Under the pieces are notes generated by a model that made no database searches, was not told the DNA's origin, and was given only the letters and a program-made list of their open reading frames with translations. A DNA stretch of 63,904 nucleotides, counting the filler, from Choristocarpus tenellus KU-1152 (Eukaryota > Protista > Phaeophyceae), in the NCBI GenBank assembly GCA_964200185.2. It is 9 parts of 9 records of this genome, joined end to end, with 100 filler letters (N's around TTAATTAATTAA, not from the genome) between each part and the next. Parts side by side here need not be neighbours in the genome. Positions count along the whole stretch, not along the records: positions 9,501 to 13,462 come from CAXNAD020016912.1; positions 13,563 to 41,784 come from CAXNAD020000130.1; 7 more parts are not named here. One strand, given 5' to 3'. Positions 12,888-25,845 of the stretch are shown here, piece after piece. Made by a program: the position numbers and the translations under genes. Every line of letters begins with the position of its first letter. Position 1 is the first letter of the stretch.

Positions 12888-13462
12888 ATGGCCACCCCCT
12901 GCCCTGCCCTGAGGGCAGTAACTGAGAGAGGCAGTGCCCGGGCCTCTAGAAAGTCTGTGAGAAGGAGACGAAGGAATGTTGGCTCTCTTAAGGGTAGAGG
13001 AAGAAGGCAAGTCATTTCTGATAGCAGCGACACCAGTGAGTATGAGTTGAGTGACGTGGATGAAGTGGACCCTCTGGAAAAGGCTGAAATGAAGAAGGAG
13101 AAGCAAAGGAGACTCCGGCGTGCCAGAGAGAGAGAGAAGGAGGCTGGTGGGGGGGGGGAAGGAGAGGAGAAGAAGTTGAAGGGAAAGACGGAGGCGAAGG
13201 TGAGGCGTGAACGTGGTGCTGTTGGCAGGAAGGTGAAGGAAAAGAACAGTAGTTCGAGTAGTAGCCCAGGTGGAGTGGGTAAAAAGGTTGAGAAGAATAT
13301 TGTTGGTGAGGGGAACAAGAGAAGGCGGAAATCAAGTGAGGACAATGCTGGTGGAGTTAGGAAGGCGGGGAGGCCCAAAGATAGCAAAAATCGAAAATTG
13401 ATAATTAGGCATGGGGAGGAGGGGAGGATGGTTAGTGGGGGGGGGGGGGGGAGAAGGTTGAG
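12888..13462 (+). CDS. Low-complexity acidic/basic hypothetical ORF, open to contig end
   Basis: About 190 codons open, K/R/E/G rich with an SDSSDTSEYELSD acidic tract; no domain recognised. Confidence 0.3.
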
Positions 13463-16276
13463 NNNNNNNNNNNNNNNNNNNNNNNNNNNNNNNNNNNNNN
13501 NNNNNNTTAATTAATTAANNNNNNNNNNNNNNNNNNNNNNNNNNNNNNNNNNNNNNNNNNNNGAGTTTTCCCTTCCTTGGTGTGCCTCATTTGGAAGGCC
13601 GGCCAGTTGTGTCCTAAGGAGTCAAAACGGATCTTGTTCAGGAGGCGTGTGATCTCGTGTTGAGACCTCCTTGTCGTCCTGGCGTCATGGGCAGCTAGAA
13701 TATGTACCTCTGGGGCAGGTGCAGGGGGTGTTGTTCCCCCCCAGGTTATCCAGTATTGGGCAATGATTTGGGCAAGATCTTCTGAGGGGCCACCTGTGGC
13801 TGGGAGGGAGTGGAATTGGTGTTCCTAAGACCTGAATGGTGGGGCTCGAGCAGATATCTTGCGAGAAGGACTCGCCATGAGGCTTACACTCCCATATTTC
13901 AGATCTATCTTAAAGAGGGCAACGAACTAGATATTATAGTTGTGGATTTTACATTTTTTATTTTTATGGTCAGTGTACTACTACACAGTGGGTGGTTAAC
14001 CTTATGTGCACTCCAGACCAGTACGGTTGTGCTCTGGTGACTACTGTTACTTGAAGATGTGGATAGAATGGTCATTGTAGTAGGAGAATACACTATCTGG
14101 ACGGTAGGGTACGGTATGGGGTGATTACCATCTTATGGTTGGGGAATTCTGATGGTTGTACACAGTTTTCTGTATCTTGTTAATGGTGGATCATAGATGT
14201 CAGAGAGGAGGTTTATAGTGTAGATCAAATTCTGGACATTTTCTCCAATTGTAACCGTAATCGTGAAACAACACTGATCCTAAAAACGAGGTAGTCTTCA
14301 TATAGACTTATTCTCCCACCTCTTCATTTCTATGAAAGAAGTAGGTAATTTCGACTTAATCTAAACCCAAAAATACAGTTTTTACAGAATAAAAAAAATG
14401 CTTTACTCCGTTCTTCAAGAATTGTTGTGTTCTATTAACTACTATGATACTGAAACGAATAACTGTCGAACCATTCTTTGTTGGTATTCTTCGTTGGTAT
14501 TCTTCCACTCCCTTTATTCATTGTTCGGTAAAATAGGTGGAAGTGAGTGTTGAATGTAGATATTTTATATTATTATGCCCTCTGACATTTTGCAGATGTG
14601 TCAGGGGAAACCAATGAAAACTATTATATGTTGTATCTATATAATGTGATGCATTCGGACAGTCATTTTTCGGGAACTATTTTCAATTTCCGACCACTTT
14701 CCCCATTCTGTTCAGTAAGTTATGATTATTTCACAACTTTGTTTTTTGACTGATTGAGGGATATGTCGAGAGGTAATTATTGCCCGTTAGATGTTGGGTG
14801 AAGTGTCGTTGATCTCCAATCTGTGTATTGGGGATTGGGTGACGGACGGTAGGTTCCAAGGACGCTCTTCCCTAGGAACTGCTCTCTCTCTCTCTCAAGA
14901 CACTGAGAATTGCCATCCCAACACAAAGAATAAACATTTCGTATAAGGTACGCCTCGCCAGGCTCTCGCGAGGGACATGGAAGGAAGCTTAGTACCTCCT
15001 CGTTCATGGAATATAATTCACTGTCATTTATAGATTAAATATCTGTTCTCTCCTTTATTTGTGGTCGTCTGATGGTTGAGGTCATTGTACCAGTGGAATC
15101 GTCTCTCGTCCATTCCTCACGCGATGCGTTGGTATCTAACTCCAAAGGAGAACACTCACAGGGTACCAACTTGGACAGAGCTTCTGTTCTAGATGCTAAG
15201 TGATTTGACCAGAGACCCAGTTTTTGGCATGCAAAATACAACTTTGACAGTTGGGTGACACGGGCTACTCTGTTCAAGGTTGATGAAGTAATCTGAACAG
15301 AGCCCTCCCTACCTTGGGGGAAGGGTTAATTGAACTCGTTTACAATTATTAGCGGATTTCATACCCGTTCGTTCCTTTTTGTTTCGCGTCGCACAGTTCC
15401 AATCTACTCTTTACTTGATCGCTGACCACCCCCAACACATCTTTTCTCTGTTAAACATGACGTTTATGCTTGTTCTGCGGTACCAGTCATCAAGTTTGAA
15501 ATAAGGTGGCGTTAAGACAACGCGAAAAGGCAAGGGGCCGTGCGCTGGGCGCAGATTCAGGAGGAGTGTAGGTGGATTAAGAAGCCAATCGCGCCTAAAT
15601 TGTTGAAGCGGTGATTAATTTGCAAAATATTCATCTCCTCCGATATAATCTTCGTTTCGGTACTGTCCAAGAATGGGTAGCAATGTCCCGAGACAACTTT
15701 CAATTGGCCATGGGAAGGTGTGCTTTCTGTGCATGTGAAATTTTCTGAATGGAAATTTAGAAGCTATCGACTGGAGATGCATCTGGCTTGTTATTGACAT
15801 GCTGCTAGACTTTTGTGTGGGATCAAGAGGGTGGCCACTGAGTGAAGGAAGATCAAATGTTTGACCCCATGCCGAGAATCAAAGCTTGGTTATAATAGTC
15901 ATCACGTTTTTAATCTGTAGTTGGCGTGCGAAGACAACCTAGATGAGTGTATCTTCTTTTTGCTCCCAAAAGAAACCATCCTGTCCTACTACATTTCCTC
16001 CCCAACCCTATAATGGGATGAGAAGTACAAAGAAAAAACAGAATGGAAAACAGCAGGGTGCACCTATATTTATATTCCAGTGATATTTTTGGCCCAGGCA
16101 GCGTATACTTTGAATATGTTATGGTGCTGCAACTTTATCATGAAAAATCTAAAACACCATCAAGCTTGTCTTGCATGAAAATAACCCCCCTGAACCTTAC
16201 CTATTATTGCTCTTGTCTGTCCTTTTGTTGTTGCCTTCTGCCGGGCTGGACTGTTGCAACCTTCCTGCAGAGAAAT

Positions 16277-19200
16277 ATGCCTTGGGTATCTGGAACCCTT
16301 ATTCTTGTCCTACTAGTAGTGATGTTGCTCTTGAGGCCTGGATTGGGGTGGAAAGAATGCCGGATTCAGGAAGAGGACAAGTGGGTTCGCTCTCTATCAT
16401 CTTACACGGTGCTGGAGGCAGAGGAATTTCCTCGGCGGTACACCTGTCCGAATTCTGCTGGTGAGAGTCCTCTTTCTCTTTTTGCCCTCCTATCTCCTGT
16501 CACTTGATGGCTGGTCCAGCTTTTTCTACACGTCCTTGTTAAAAGTTTTTGTTCCCTTACGTAGCGTTGGTGATGGAATGGATGAGATGTACCCAGTTTG
16601 TTTGGGCAATGTGCTTGTATTCCAAGAATACTTTCTGTATGTACTATGATCGAACTAATATGTTTTGCCATAGGGGAAAAAGCACTGTTCCACAGATGGC
16701 ATACATACATATATATATATAGTGGCTGGGGAGCTCTGTTTGTGTTGTGTGTTTTAGACTTCACAGTCATATTGACACCTTTTGAGTTGAATTTGGTCAA
16801 CAAAGAAAAGGTCGAAGAGTGAAGAGAAAGTATCAAGAGAGCCTTTGCAAGCTCTGAATCAGTCTCCTTCAAAACACTTGGGTGATCATGGTATTGATGA
16901 CATTGAACTGGAAGTTTTCCCCCTGCATATTTTATATTTCTATCTTGCGATGCAATTGATTGGATTGATGTGGATTCATTTATTGGTATATATATCACTG
17001 CCATACAGTCGAGTATCAGATGTACAACTCTTGTTTTTTATGCAACATGTTTTTTCCAGAGTTCTGGCACTATGCCTTGTGATCTGTGATTTTTTTTTCG
17101 ATGTGAATAAGTGACTGTTGAATCAACAAACTCCCACCACATGGAAAGTCTGTATCTCCGTCCAACTCCTTTGTACAGCCACCTCCTTCACAGTGTTTAG
17201 AATTCTGCCTAACCGAATCAGCCAGCTAGTGTAGCGACCCACTGCAAACAAAAGCAGTATGCTCGCCAACATTAGGTTGTTGATTTCAGCATCATACAGT
17301 GTATGTGTAAGGTTTTGAAAACTTATTAGCAAGATCATGTACATGTGCTCTTAGTATTGATCTTGAAATTCTACATGTCCTGGGAAGTTTTGTTTAGTCC
17401 CTTTTCAAATCCTGCCTTTGTTGCATTAACACAAGAGGTGAAGACAAAATATTGAATCTCAAGCTTTTGAAAAGAGTCCAACATGTGATTGCACCTCTCA
17501 AAACACGCAAGGTCATTGCTTGCGACAAGGGCAGGAGGCCTATCCTCTATGAACTTGCGTATTTTTATTGTTTGCGCGTCCATTTATGTATGAACTACAC
17601 TGTAATGCATAAACTGACTAGTAGCCTAGTTGTCACCTATATTAGTAGCTCTTCAAGCACTTGCCTTGTGTACTGTCCTGTATATGGATGGGTTCTGTTT
17701 TGAATTTCAACTGTGCTGTCCATATAGGAGGGGCTACCTTGTCCCCCCTTCCCTCCAAAAGTATCAACGTGTTGAAGGAGTTGGGGAGAAAACTCGTCTC
17801 GTTGGGTGAATGTGATTTGTGGTCGATTCCTTTTGGTGTAAATAGTAAAAAAAAAGAAAAGAATGCAGACTACCTGTTTCGCCCCTGTTACTTCATCCCA
17901 CACAGCAGCAGTGCTTGCCCACACTGCCCTGCCCTATAGGTTCTAAACAGGCTGCCCAATACGAGTTCCATTCTGCTTGCACATCGAATCCCTTCAGGCC
18001 GCAACAGATTCAACAGGTTTGTTTTCCCAAATGTGAGCTTGTGCGCTGATAACATGCCTTGCCCCTGCTCAAATATGCATCATCAATTTGTCCATCTAGA
18101 TGTTTACTGCAGCATTTGAAAACAATGCCGGCATTATATACTTGGTTTTCTTACTGTGAAGTAGTGTAGTAGGACAAGGGCATGGTGGAGAGCACAGGTG
18201 TGTTGGAAACCACTTGTACCTAAGAGACCTGTGTAAGCAACTCCCAAGTATGTTATCTCTTTCTACTGCACACCTTCAGAATATGGGCCTTGATTTAGAA
18301 TACCATAGCACTCAGCTTGTCATAAGACCCAATACAGGCAGTACATGGAGGAGGATGTGCTTCATTGCACATTAACCAGACTTGCCACCAATATTGACAT
18401 GTGATGAACTGCTTTTTTTGTGATGTTATTGTTCTAGTCCATTTTTTGTCAGGGGATGTGTGGATTAGTGCCTGGGACTTGTTGACTGCTACAGTGGAAA
18501 AGGACAACAGTAGAATGATTAAAAATATATCTAGGCTGTAATGGAATATCACAAAAGTTGTCATGGTCTGGAGTAGATATGTATCTTGCATTGAACAGCT
18601 GAAAAATGTCTTGAGATGTGTCACAAGTTAGGAAAAAGATGTGTCAGTGTTTTCCACTCATATTTTTTCTTTTTGCTAACCCTAACCCTAACCCTAACCC
18701 TAAAGTTCTACATTTTTTTTTTTTTCTAATGCTCAAGAGAAAGAGAGGAAACTCACATGGAGCGACTTGATTGACCTCTTGATATGCTCTTTTATGTGGA
18801 GTTGATTTTACTCATTTTTATGGAAGGAGGCATTATACATTGGTTTTCAGAAGTGCAACAGTCATGTACATGTATACAAGGATAGTATGATGAGGCTTTT
18901 TTCACTCAAGTTTGGCCATTTTTGGGATGGTGCCACTTAAGATGAAGGATCAAGACTACAATGGGCCCCTATCACTTTTATTTCTTCAAACTTTGGATGC
19001 AATCCAATTGATCACTGCTGGAAATGAATAGTCAGTAGTTGACCCAGTAAGGTAATCTTTGTTACCAAACCTACCAATTGATGTAATGTTGAACAACAGT
19101 GCTTGGCGGGAAGGAGAGTAATCTTCATCGGGGATTCGCTGTCAACGCAGCAGGGGGACTCTCTAGTAGGGATGATGGGCTGGAGGCCTAAGTGGCTTCT

Positions 19201-22200
19201 GCATGGGAGTAAGGAGAATGCCAAGGTAGAGAGGAAGCAACAAACTATTGTTACATGTTGTTGATTGAAGGGATCATGCTGTTGTGAGGGTGAGAGGGAG
19301 AGATTGAGTGAAATATTGTGATCAATAATTATATTGACAAGAGGATACTCTCAGTGAAAGCTTGATTTAGTTCTAGGTGTTGTCTTATGATTAACCTTGC
19401 TTGGTGTTGCAGGAGCTCATTACAATGCCCTCTGGTGTGGAAACCATTGCTATCAGAATAGAACCTGTATTGTCTCTAGAGTTCCAGTTATGGTATCTAT
19501 CCTGCAGACACTGTCAATGCCCTCCCTCTTCAATGGGTAAGTACAACTTTCTACTTTTACCATTGCAAGTCTATTTCTTACTCCACAGCCACAGTTGGGT
19601 TGATTTCATTGTATGATGCTTTTTTGTGTGGTAGCTATATCTTGACCTCGCCCTGGGTTGCAAACACCCCCTAGCAATACAGTGAAACAAGACCTTGCTG
19701 AACTGTATGCTGTACAAAGTATCTTTTTCTCATCTGAGAAAAGGCCTATCTATAGAATAGCTGATTCCTGTTATGCCCTTGATCTACCCTTCTCCTCTCC
19801 TCTCTGATCCTCCTTCCACTGTTCAGACACGTACACACACCTTCATGACCATTTTGCACATGCTATCCTGACGCCCTCCTTCTCACTACCCCTCTCCCAT
19901 TGAACTGCCCCTTAAAAGTGGGCATATGATCCCAGTGGTAAGAGGGTGCCTGGGCTGAACCTCTGCTGGCGATATCCCAATGAGAAGGCCCAGGCTAGGG
20001 AGATAGGGCGCTGCTATGATGCCTATCCTCCAACAGAAGCAAATGAACCATACAACGGTGAAATTCGCAGTAAGGTGCAGGTTGATATTGCAGGGGGGAT
20101 TCGGAAGTTGCCTAATGGACTGGAGGACACACCTGTGACTGGGACTTCTGTCCACTTGCGTATGTTTGATAGGCCTAAAGGAGATTCTGAAGCCTGGTGA
20201 GTGATGATATTACCATATTTCATAAACACCAGAACATGAACAGCATATTTTGGTATAGATGAACCTTCCTACTGGACTTGTATTTAATGCCAGTGCTGGA
20301 GGTTAGGAATATTCCCATCCAATTCCCTTGCTACTTGTAGAGGTACACTTTAAAGTGCTTGGAAGAATGCCATAATTGATGTGACCTCTTGTCACCAGAT
20401 TGTGCAAGAGGGCTGATAAAGGTTATAATTCACAAATTTTTAGCAGCACTACTTTGTTTACACAATAAAGAGTGTAGCAACTGCCATGCAGAGGTATCTC
20501 ATCATCGCAAGTCTTACAGGCACAGGGAATGCCCTTTATGTTCAGGCTCACTGAGATTGCAGTAAGATTTTCAAGAGGGAATACATGTACTCATAGAAGC
20601 CCTGTTCCTTTCCATTGCCAGCATCAGCCCCAAGTTACACCTCTTTTTTTCCCCTGTCCTAAGGTTGGGACGTGTCTTGCTGGACTTTAATGGTACACGT
20701 CCGTCTGATGTGTACGTGGTGAACTTTGGGGCTCATTACTCTGAAACAAACGTGACAAGATTCGCTCAGGAAATCGGACCTTTTGTTGATGCGTTACACA
20801 AGCTTTCATTCAATGCTACTGTGGTCTGGAGGTGAGCTGTACAACACCAAATAGACTGAAAAATGAGTGCTGTTATCATGGCATTGACGATGTGGGTGTC
20901 ATCATTGACTCTTTGTGAAACCCAAATGGCAAGGGTGTGATTTCTTTTCTCTTTTGTTTGTGTCCTATAGTTGAAATGCTTGGCAGATACTGGCCTGCTG
21001 AATCCCTGACCCATTCTAGCGTCATCAAATCATGCATAGGGTAAGGGGTGTGTAGGAGTATTACTGTGGGATATGTTGTAGGTAGACAAGGTAGGTAAAT
21101 TATGTGACTATTCTGGCTATGGGCTGCAACACAAGGTATCCTGTGCTGTGTGCACTCGTGGGTGCTACTGGTGTGATTACCAGGGATCTTGCAGGAACCT
21201 CACCAAATAAAGGATTATACAATGGTTGTGAGAAACTTCAGATACTTGGGTCCACACTATCTTCATGCCATACAAGGAATACAAGGTGTCAGATTGAAGC
21301 TGGCACATCCAGGAGCTTAGAGCACAATACATTTTGTAGAGGGGTTGGCCCTAGGTACCAACCTTTCCTTCTCTGCTTTTCCCTTTTAATCCCATTTGAT
21401 TGTAGTCTCAAATCCCTATTGTTGCATTATCTCAGAGAGTCATCACCCAGCCATTTCCCAGGAGGTGTGAATGGCACATATGAAGGGTTCCTTCGCATGT
21501 CATTGCCAGAAAGAAGCCAAGAGTGCTGTACAGGCATCCCTCCAGCCAATTTCAACCAGAATGTGTTCGTTGAGGACTACATTAAGAGTAAGGGTTGGGA
21601 AAATGATATTCATATCCTCCGGATCTACGCAATGTCTTTGGATCGTGGCGCATCACATCGGAGTTGCCGCACCTTTCCAGCGGGTGAAGTGAGTGCAATG
21701 GTGGGCTGGACCTCTTATATCTTTCATTTGTTACATTTTATAACCACTGGTACTCTCTGATACTCTCTAGTACAGCATTGAAGCAAGATCATGTTTTTTT
21801 TTGCTGCTGAGATCTTGAAGCAATTGCAATGTCACCATGTGCATTGATTGAAAGAGGTGTAGAGTTTGTACTGTACATGTACAGGAACACTCTTCCTGTG
21901 TTGTCGTCAAAGGGGAAATAGGTCCTACTGCAAGGATGTTCAAGTTTTTTTTAATGGCATGCAATGTCCTGGTTACATCTTGTGTGTGAGTGAGTGTCTT
22001 GCATTCATGTCCATAATGTGTATCGTTAGAAGCATGTGCTAGTTAACCCTATTAGATCTGTGATATGTGTTGTGACTTTTCAAGGGCTATATTGCGCAGT
22101 GGCTTCCAGCTCCACCATTGACTGTTACCCTTCCCCGATGGCATGGAGATGTTGCATTTTGCGGGTTATGTTATGCAGCTTGAGACAAGTATTTGGTTGG

Positions 22201-23891
22201 TGAGAAGAATCAATATTCAAGTCCTGAAGGGAGAAAAATACCTTGGTTCTACTACTGCATTTCCATTTCTTGTAGTGGTCTACACAACTACCTGAGCACC
22301 ATTTTGTCTCGATTAGCCTGTGACTTGATCTACAAAGTATCATGTGTGGGATATCCTCCTCTCAGTACTATTTGAAGGAATATATACGCAAATTGCTCAA
22401 TTCTTCACACTTGTCCTAGTAGTGAAAGTATTTTAGCTAAATCTCGAAAAGCACTGCCTGTAGCCCTTATAACATATACGATACAGACTTATGCCGCATT
22501 TTTACACTTTTCTGCCTAGTTCCCTTCTAGGAAATTTTATCATTGCTGTCGCAATTCCAGTGTCTTTTGATAAAATTCTTAAATTTGTCCATTAAAGTTA
22601 TTGGATCTTCCTTCTTGGTCGGCTCTTTTTCTATTGACAAGCAAAACTGCTTGATGTCCTGTATAAACCAGTGATAAGGATCAAAAGGTAATTCCTTAGC
22701 TAATTCAGGATGCCAAAGATACGCGCCTGTTACAACGTCAATTGCTAGTTTACATGGTTTTTCTAATTTAAAATGATGATGCTGTTCTTCTTTTTGTCTT
22801 ATGAGGTATTCGTATAGCTCCATCTTGCCAAGGGTTTTCCTTATAGCGTAGTTTACTAACATTAGGAACATCACCAAATTCTCCCCATTGAATGGTTGAT
22901 TCTTCACGATCTATAGCATCAACACATATTAAGAAGTTAAGCGCATAAAAATCTTTAGTCTCGAAATACTCGCTATTTTTACGTTGATTAACTATTGTTA
23001 CTGGAATTGCCTCAAAATCTTCAGAGCATATTTGCTGCATAATATCAATTACCCTTTTATGTAGTAAATATTCTGGACAACGTAAAGCAATCGAGCATTC
23101 TAAATATGGTATTTCTTGCAGTTCTTCTTTACTAACTCTACCCTTATCCCCTGGCTATAATCTTATATTCTTTATCTAGTTTTCTAATAACACATGGGGA
23201 ACTACCAATTTTATTAGTTGTATAAATTCTCTTGTAGGTGGTACTCCCACCTCCGGTTTTGGACCAAGAAAATCCCTTTCGAAGAAAGAATGGTCTCGGT
23301 AAAGTATTCTGAACCACAAGCACAAAAGAACACAACCCAGATTATATGCTGTGTGCATGTTAAGAGTAGTGTGCCCTGCCTTACAACATTGCTTGGAGGC
23401 AACCCAGACAAGCAAATCTCATTGAGGGAAAGGCGGATATTCCATGTTGGATAACATGGAGGTCGTATTTGGCATTACGTTGCTTGTTCTATCATATCCC
23501 CTGCCCCTCAATTTTGACTGTTTCATTCATTTTTGGTTATGTTGGCATCACCCCATTGTAATGTGGTTGTGTTGGTACTTTAAAGTGCAACCATACCCTT
23601 AGATCTAGTCCTCAATCGTCAAGCCCTTTCTCAACTTCGAACTAAAGTGTAATGCGTTTTTCCAGATCTTCCCCCCCTCATATTTGTTTACTCTACTTGA
23701 TCATCATGTCCACCTGCACCCTCCAACCCTTCCACATACTTGGACAGCAGGATCTAAATTTGCCTTCACGTGGAAGGGAGCCGCATCGAGTATGTTTGAG
23801 GAAAGGGGGACCATTGGACTGCCGTCATTGGTCGGAACCTGGAATTGTTTCAGACTGGAACCGTCTAATGCTAAACCATTTGTGCAACTGA
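16277..23891 (+). CDS. PC-esterase / Trichome-birefringence-like (SGNH-fold) polysaccharide O-acetyltransferase; exons 16277-16460, 17940-18016, 19100-19225, 19919-20196, 20664-20831, 21436-21688, 23751-23891
   Basis: Phase-consistent GT-AG exons; N-terminal hydrophobic anchor; CLAGRRVIFIGDSLSTQQ (GDS), DVYVVNFGAHY, VVWRESSPSHF, DCRHWSEPG (DxxH). Confidence 0.88.
16770..17583 (-). pseudogene. Possible decayed hAT transposase C-terminal part in intron 1 of the TBL gene
   Basis: NDLACFERCNHMLDSFQKL and ELAKALLILSLHSSTFSLL weakly resemble hAT helical and dimerisation motifs. Confidence 0.25.
18677..18702. repeat. Interstitial telomere-like (CCCTAA)4
   Basis: ctaaccctaaccctaaccctaaccctaa. Confidence 0.85.
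22527..23290 (-). pseudogene. Bacterial-type Imm11/DUF1629 immunity-protein gene, frameshifted, antisense within the last TBL intron
   Basis: AT-rich and intronless; KGRVSKEELQEIPYLECS...LLHKRVIDIMQQICSEDFEAIPVTIV...ETKDFYALNFLICVDAIDREESTIQW...VSKLRYKEN, then in a shifted frame KLAIDVVTGAYLWHPELAKEL. Confidence 0.65.
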
Positions 23892-25845
23892 GTTTTTTTG
23901 TGAAGAAGAATTTTCTTCTGTATGCAATGGGGTGCGCGCCAACACCTTTCCCTCCCTATTCCTGGTGTTGATCATTCTCAATATAGAAACAATCTTCAAC
24001 ATTGTTGGCGTGTGTCTGGCAGCGCATAACACATATTCTGGGTCTATTCATTTTGGAAGGGAATGAGTTACCCTCAAAGTAGACATACTTGAACCAATTA
24101 AAACATTCAGTTGTTGGAGGTGTACACAATGACTCTTTGGTTTGTTGAGATTTCTTTATAGGTGTTAAGTGACACAATATGTATGCATGTGTAATGTAGA
24201 AAGAAGAGGCTCATCAAGTGTTATTTATGGCATGTGTTGATCCTTTGAGCTGAAGTGTGTTGTGTTGATCTCGTAGCCATAATTTTGTTGTTGGTGTTCA
24301 TGGATTAGTCCACCATATGTATGTCTGGAAGTGCAGCCCCACACTGAGGCATGTTAAATATATTAGTGTAATTCAGGCTTTGTTTTTTGTGGGTGTTGAT
24401 GTGTTAGGTATGTGTGTATTCCTTTTCTCTCTTTTTTCTGTCCTCGCCTTAATGTGCTGGATAGGTGTCAACTTTTCTGCCTGGTCCCATTCACACAGCC
24501 TTAGTTTGAGTGAGCGGTCCAATACACCACAGCAATGTTTGTGTGTGGATGGATAGTAGGTATCACTGTATGTCTTGGAGCTTTTCATCCTTCCTCTATT
24601 CAAATTTCTTGTCAGATGTAGTTGTAGAATGAAGTTTATATGATCATTCATAAAGATATGGTTGTAGCTGTTGCTACAAGCAACGCTGCAGATAATTTTA
24701 AATATCAACCCCCACCCCTCCATTGTTGATACAAACCTGCAGTTTGCTAGGATTCACAGGGATTGTGACAGAGGGATTATTTGATAAGTGATGTGCACCG
24801 GCATGGATTGGGCCTGCTGGAACATATCACCACCTTCACCATCTTGTGCTTTTATTGTGTTGCTGTTAGGGACTTGCTCCCCCACCCCAGTCCTTCTAGT
24901 CCTTCTGGGTGCCACTTGAAGTTCCTCTTGACCTTTTCTACTGATGGGATACTTTCAGGCCTCTCCCCCTTGTCCTATGTGGCCCCACATTCTTCTTGTT
25001 TCCCCTTATCTAGCAAAATTGACACTACGAACTACTCCCCTTACCATCAAGATGTATCTAAACATACTCAACAGTACAGTTTTACACATACTTTTTCTCA
25101 ATTGGGTGCTATGAGGTAGTAGGCAATAGCAGTATGACAAATTGACCAGTTTTCTGTGATGGGTGTGTGAAATGTTAGCAACATACTGGGCATTTTTGTC
25201 GCTTGTAGGAAGTGCCATGTTACAAGCACTATTGTGGACTGGGAAAAAGTGCTGTCAGTAAGAAGTGGTGTTGAGTAGATAGAGCCTAGAAAAGGTACCG
25301 TTGGCTTTGAAAAGCAAGGCAGCATGGTATAATTGAAATAATTTGATCCCAGTGGGGGTTCTCTTGGTGTAATTGGAAACATCTTACCCGACCCACCTTG
25401 GAGATACTAACTATCCCGTTAGCATTGGACATACACAAACAACTCCTGCCCTCCTCTTAAACTTAAATCCATCAACACAATACACAGTTTTGCAAAAAAG
25501 ATACGATAGTAAAAAGTGTGGCAAGTTCCCTTGATATATACTATAATAAATCAAAGTAGCATCTTGACATGAACTAGGCCATGCACTACGAATCAACCTA
25601 GGACAAAATGCTGGGACGATTTGGGGATCATGGTAAGACGTTGTCCACCCACCACCTTCCGACAATAGGTGAAACAGGTTTGCCTCAATGAAGGAAAACT
25701 TTCAAAGAGGCAAAGCAAGAGATATGTAACATAACAAACCTCCACAGAACCATTTGTACCAATAAATATTGGTTTTATCATGAGGTGTGGTACACATATA
25801 TCAACAAAAGTTCAATCTCCAAAATCTTCCTCACCAAGCCATGGG

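Noticed and set aside
12839-13387. Long antisense ORFs (also 30757-31371, 55208-55753, 60017-60718)
   Set aside because: Shadows of low-complexity or real coding sequence on the opposite strand, or poly-C artefacts
14198-14587. Solo LTR or TIR element bounded by TGTCAGAG...CTCTGACA
   Set aside because: Only an 8-bp inverted repeat, no TSD and no second copy in the window
22768-22830. Programmed ribosomal frameshift in the Imm11-like gene
   Set aside because: No canonical slippery heptamer, and a second disruption upstream; simple decay is more parsimonious
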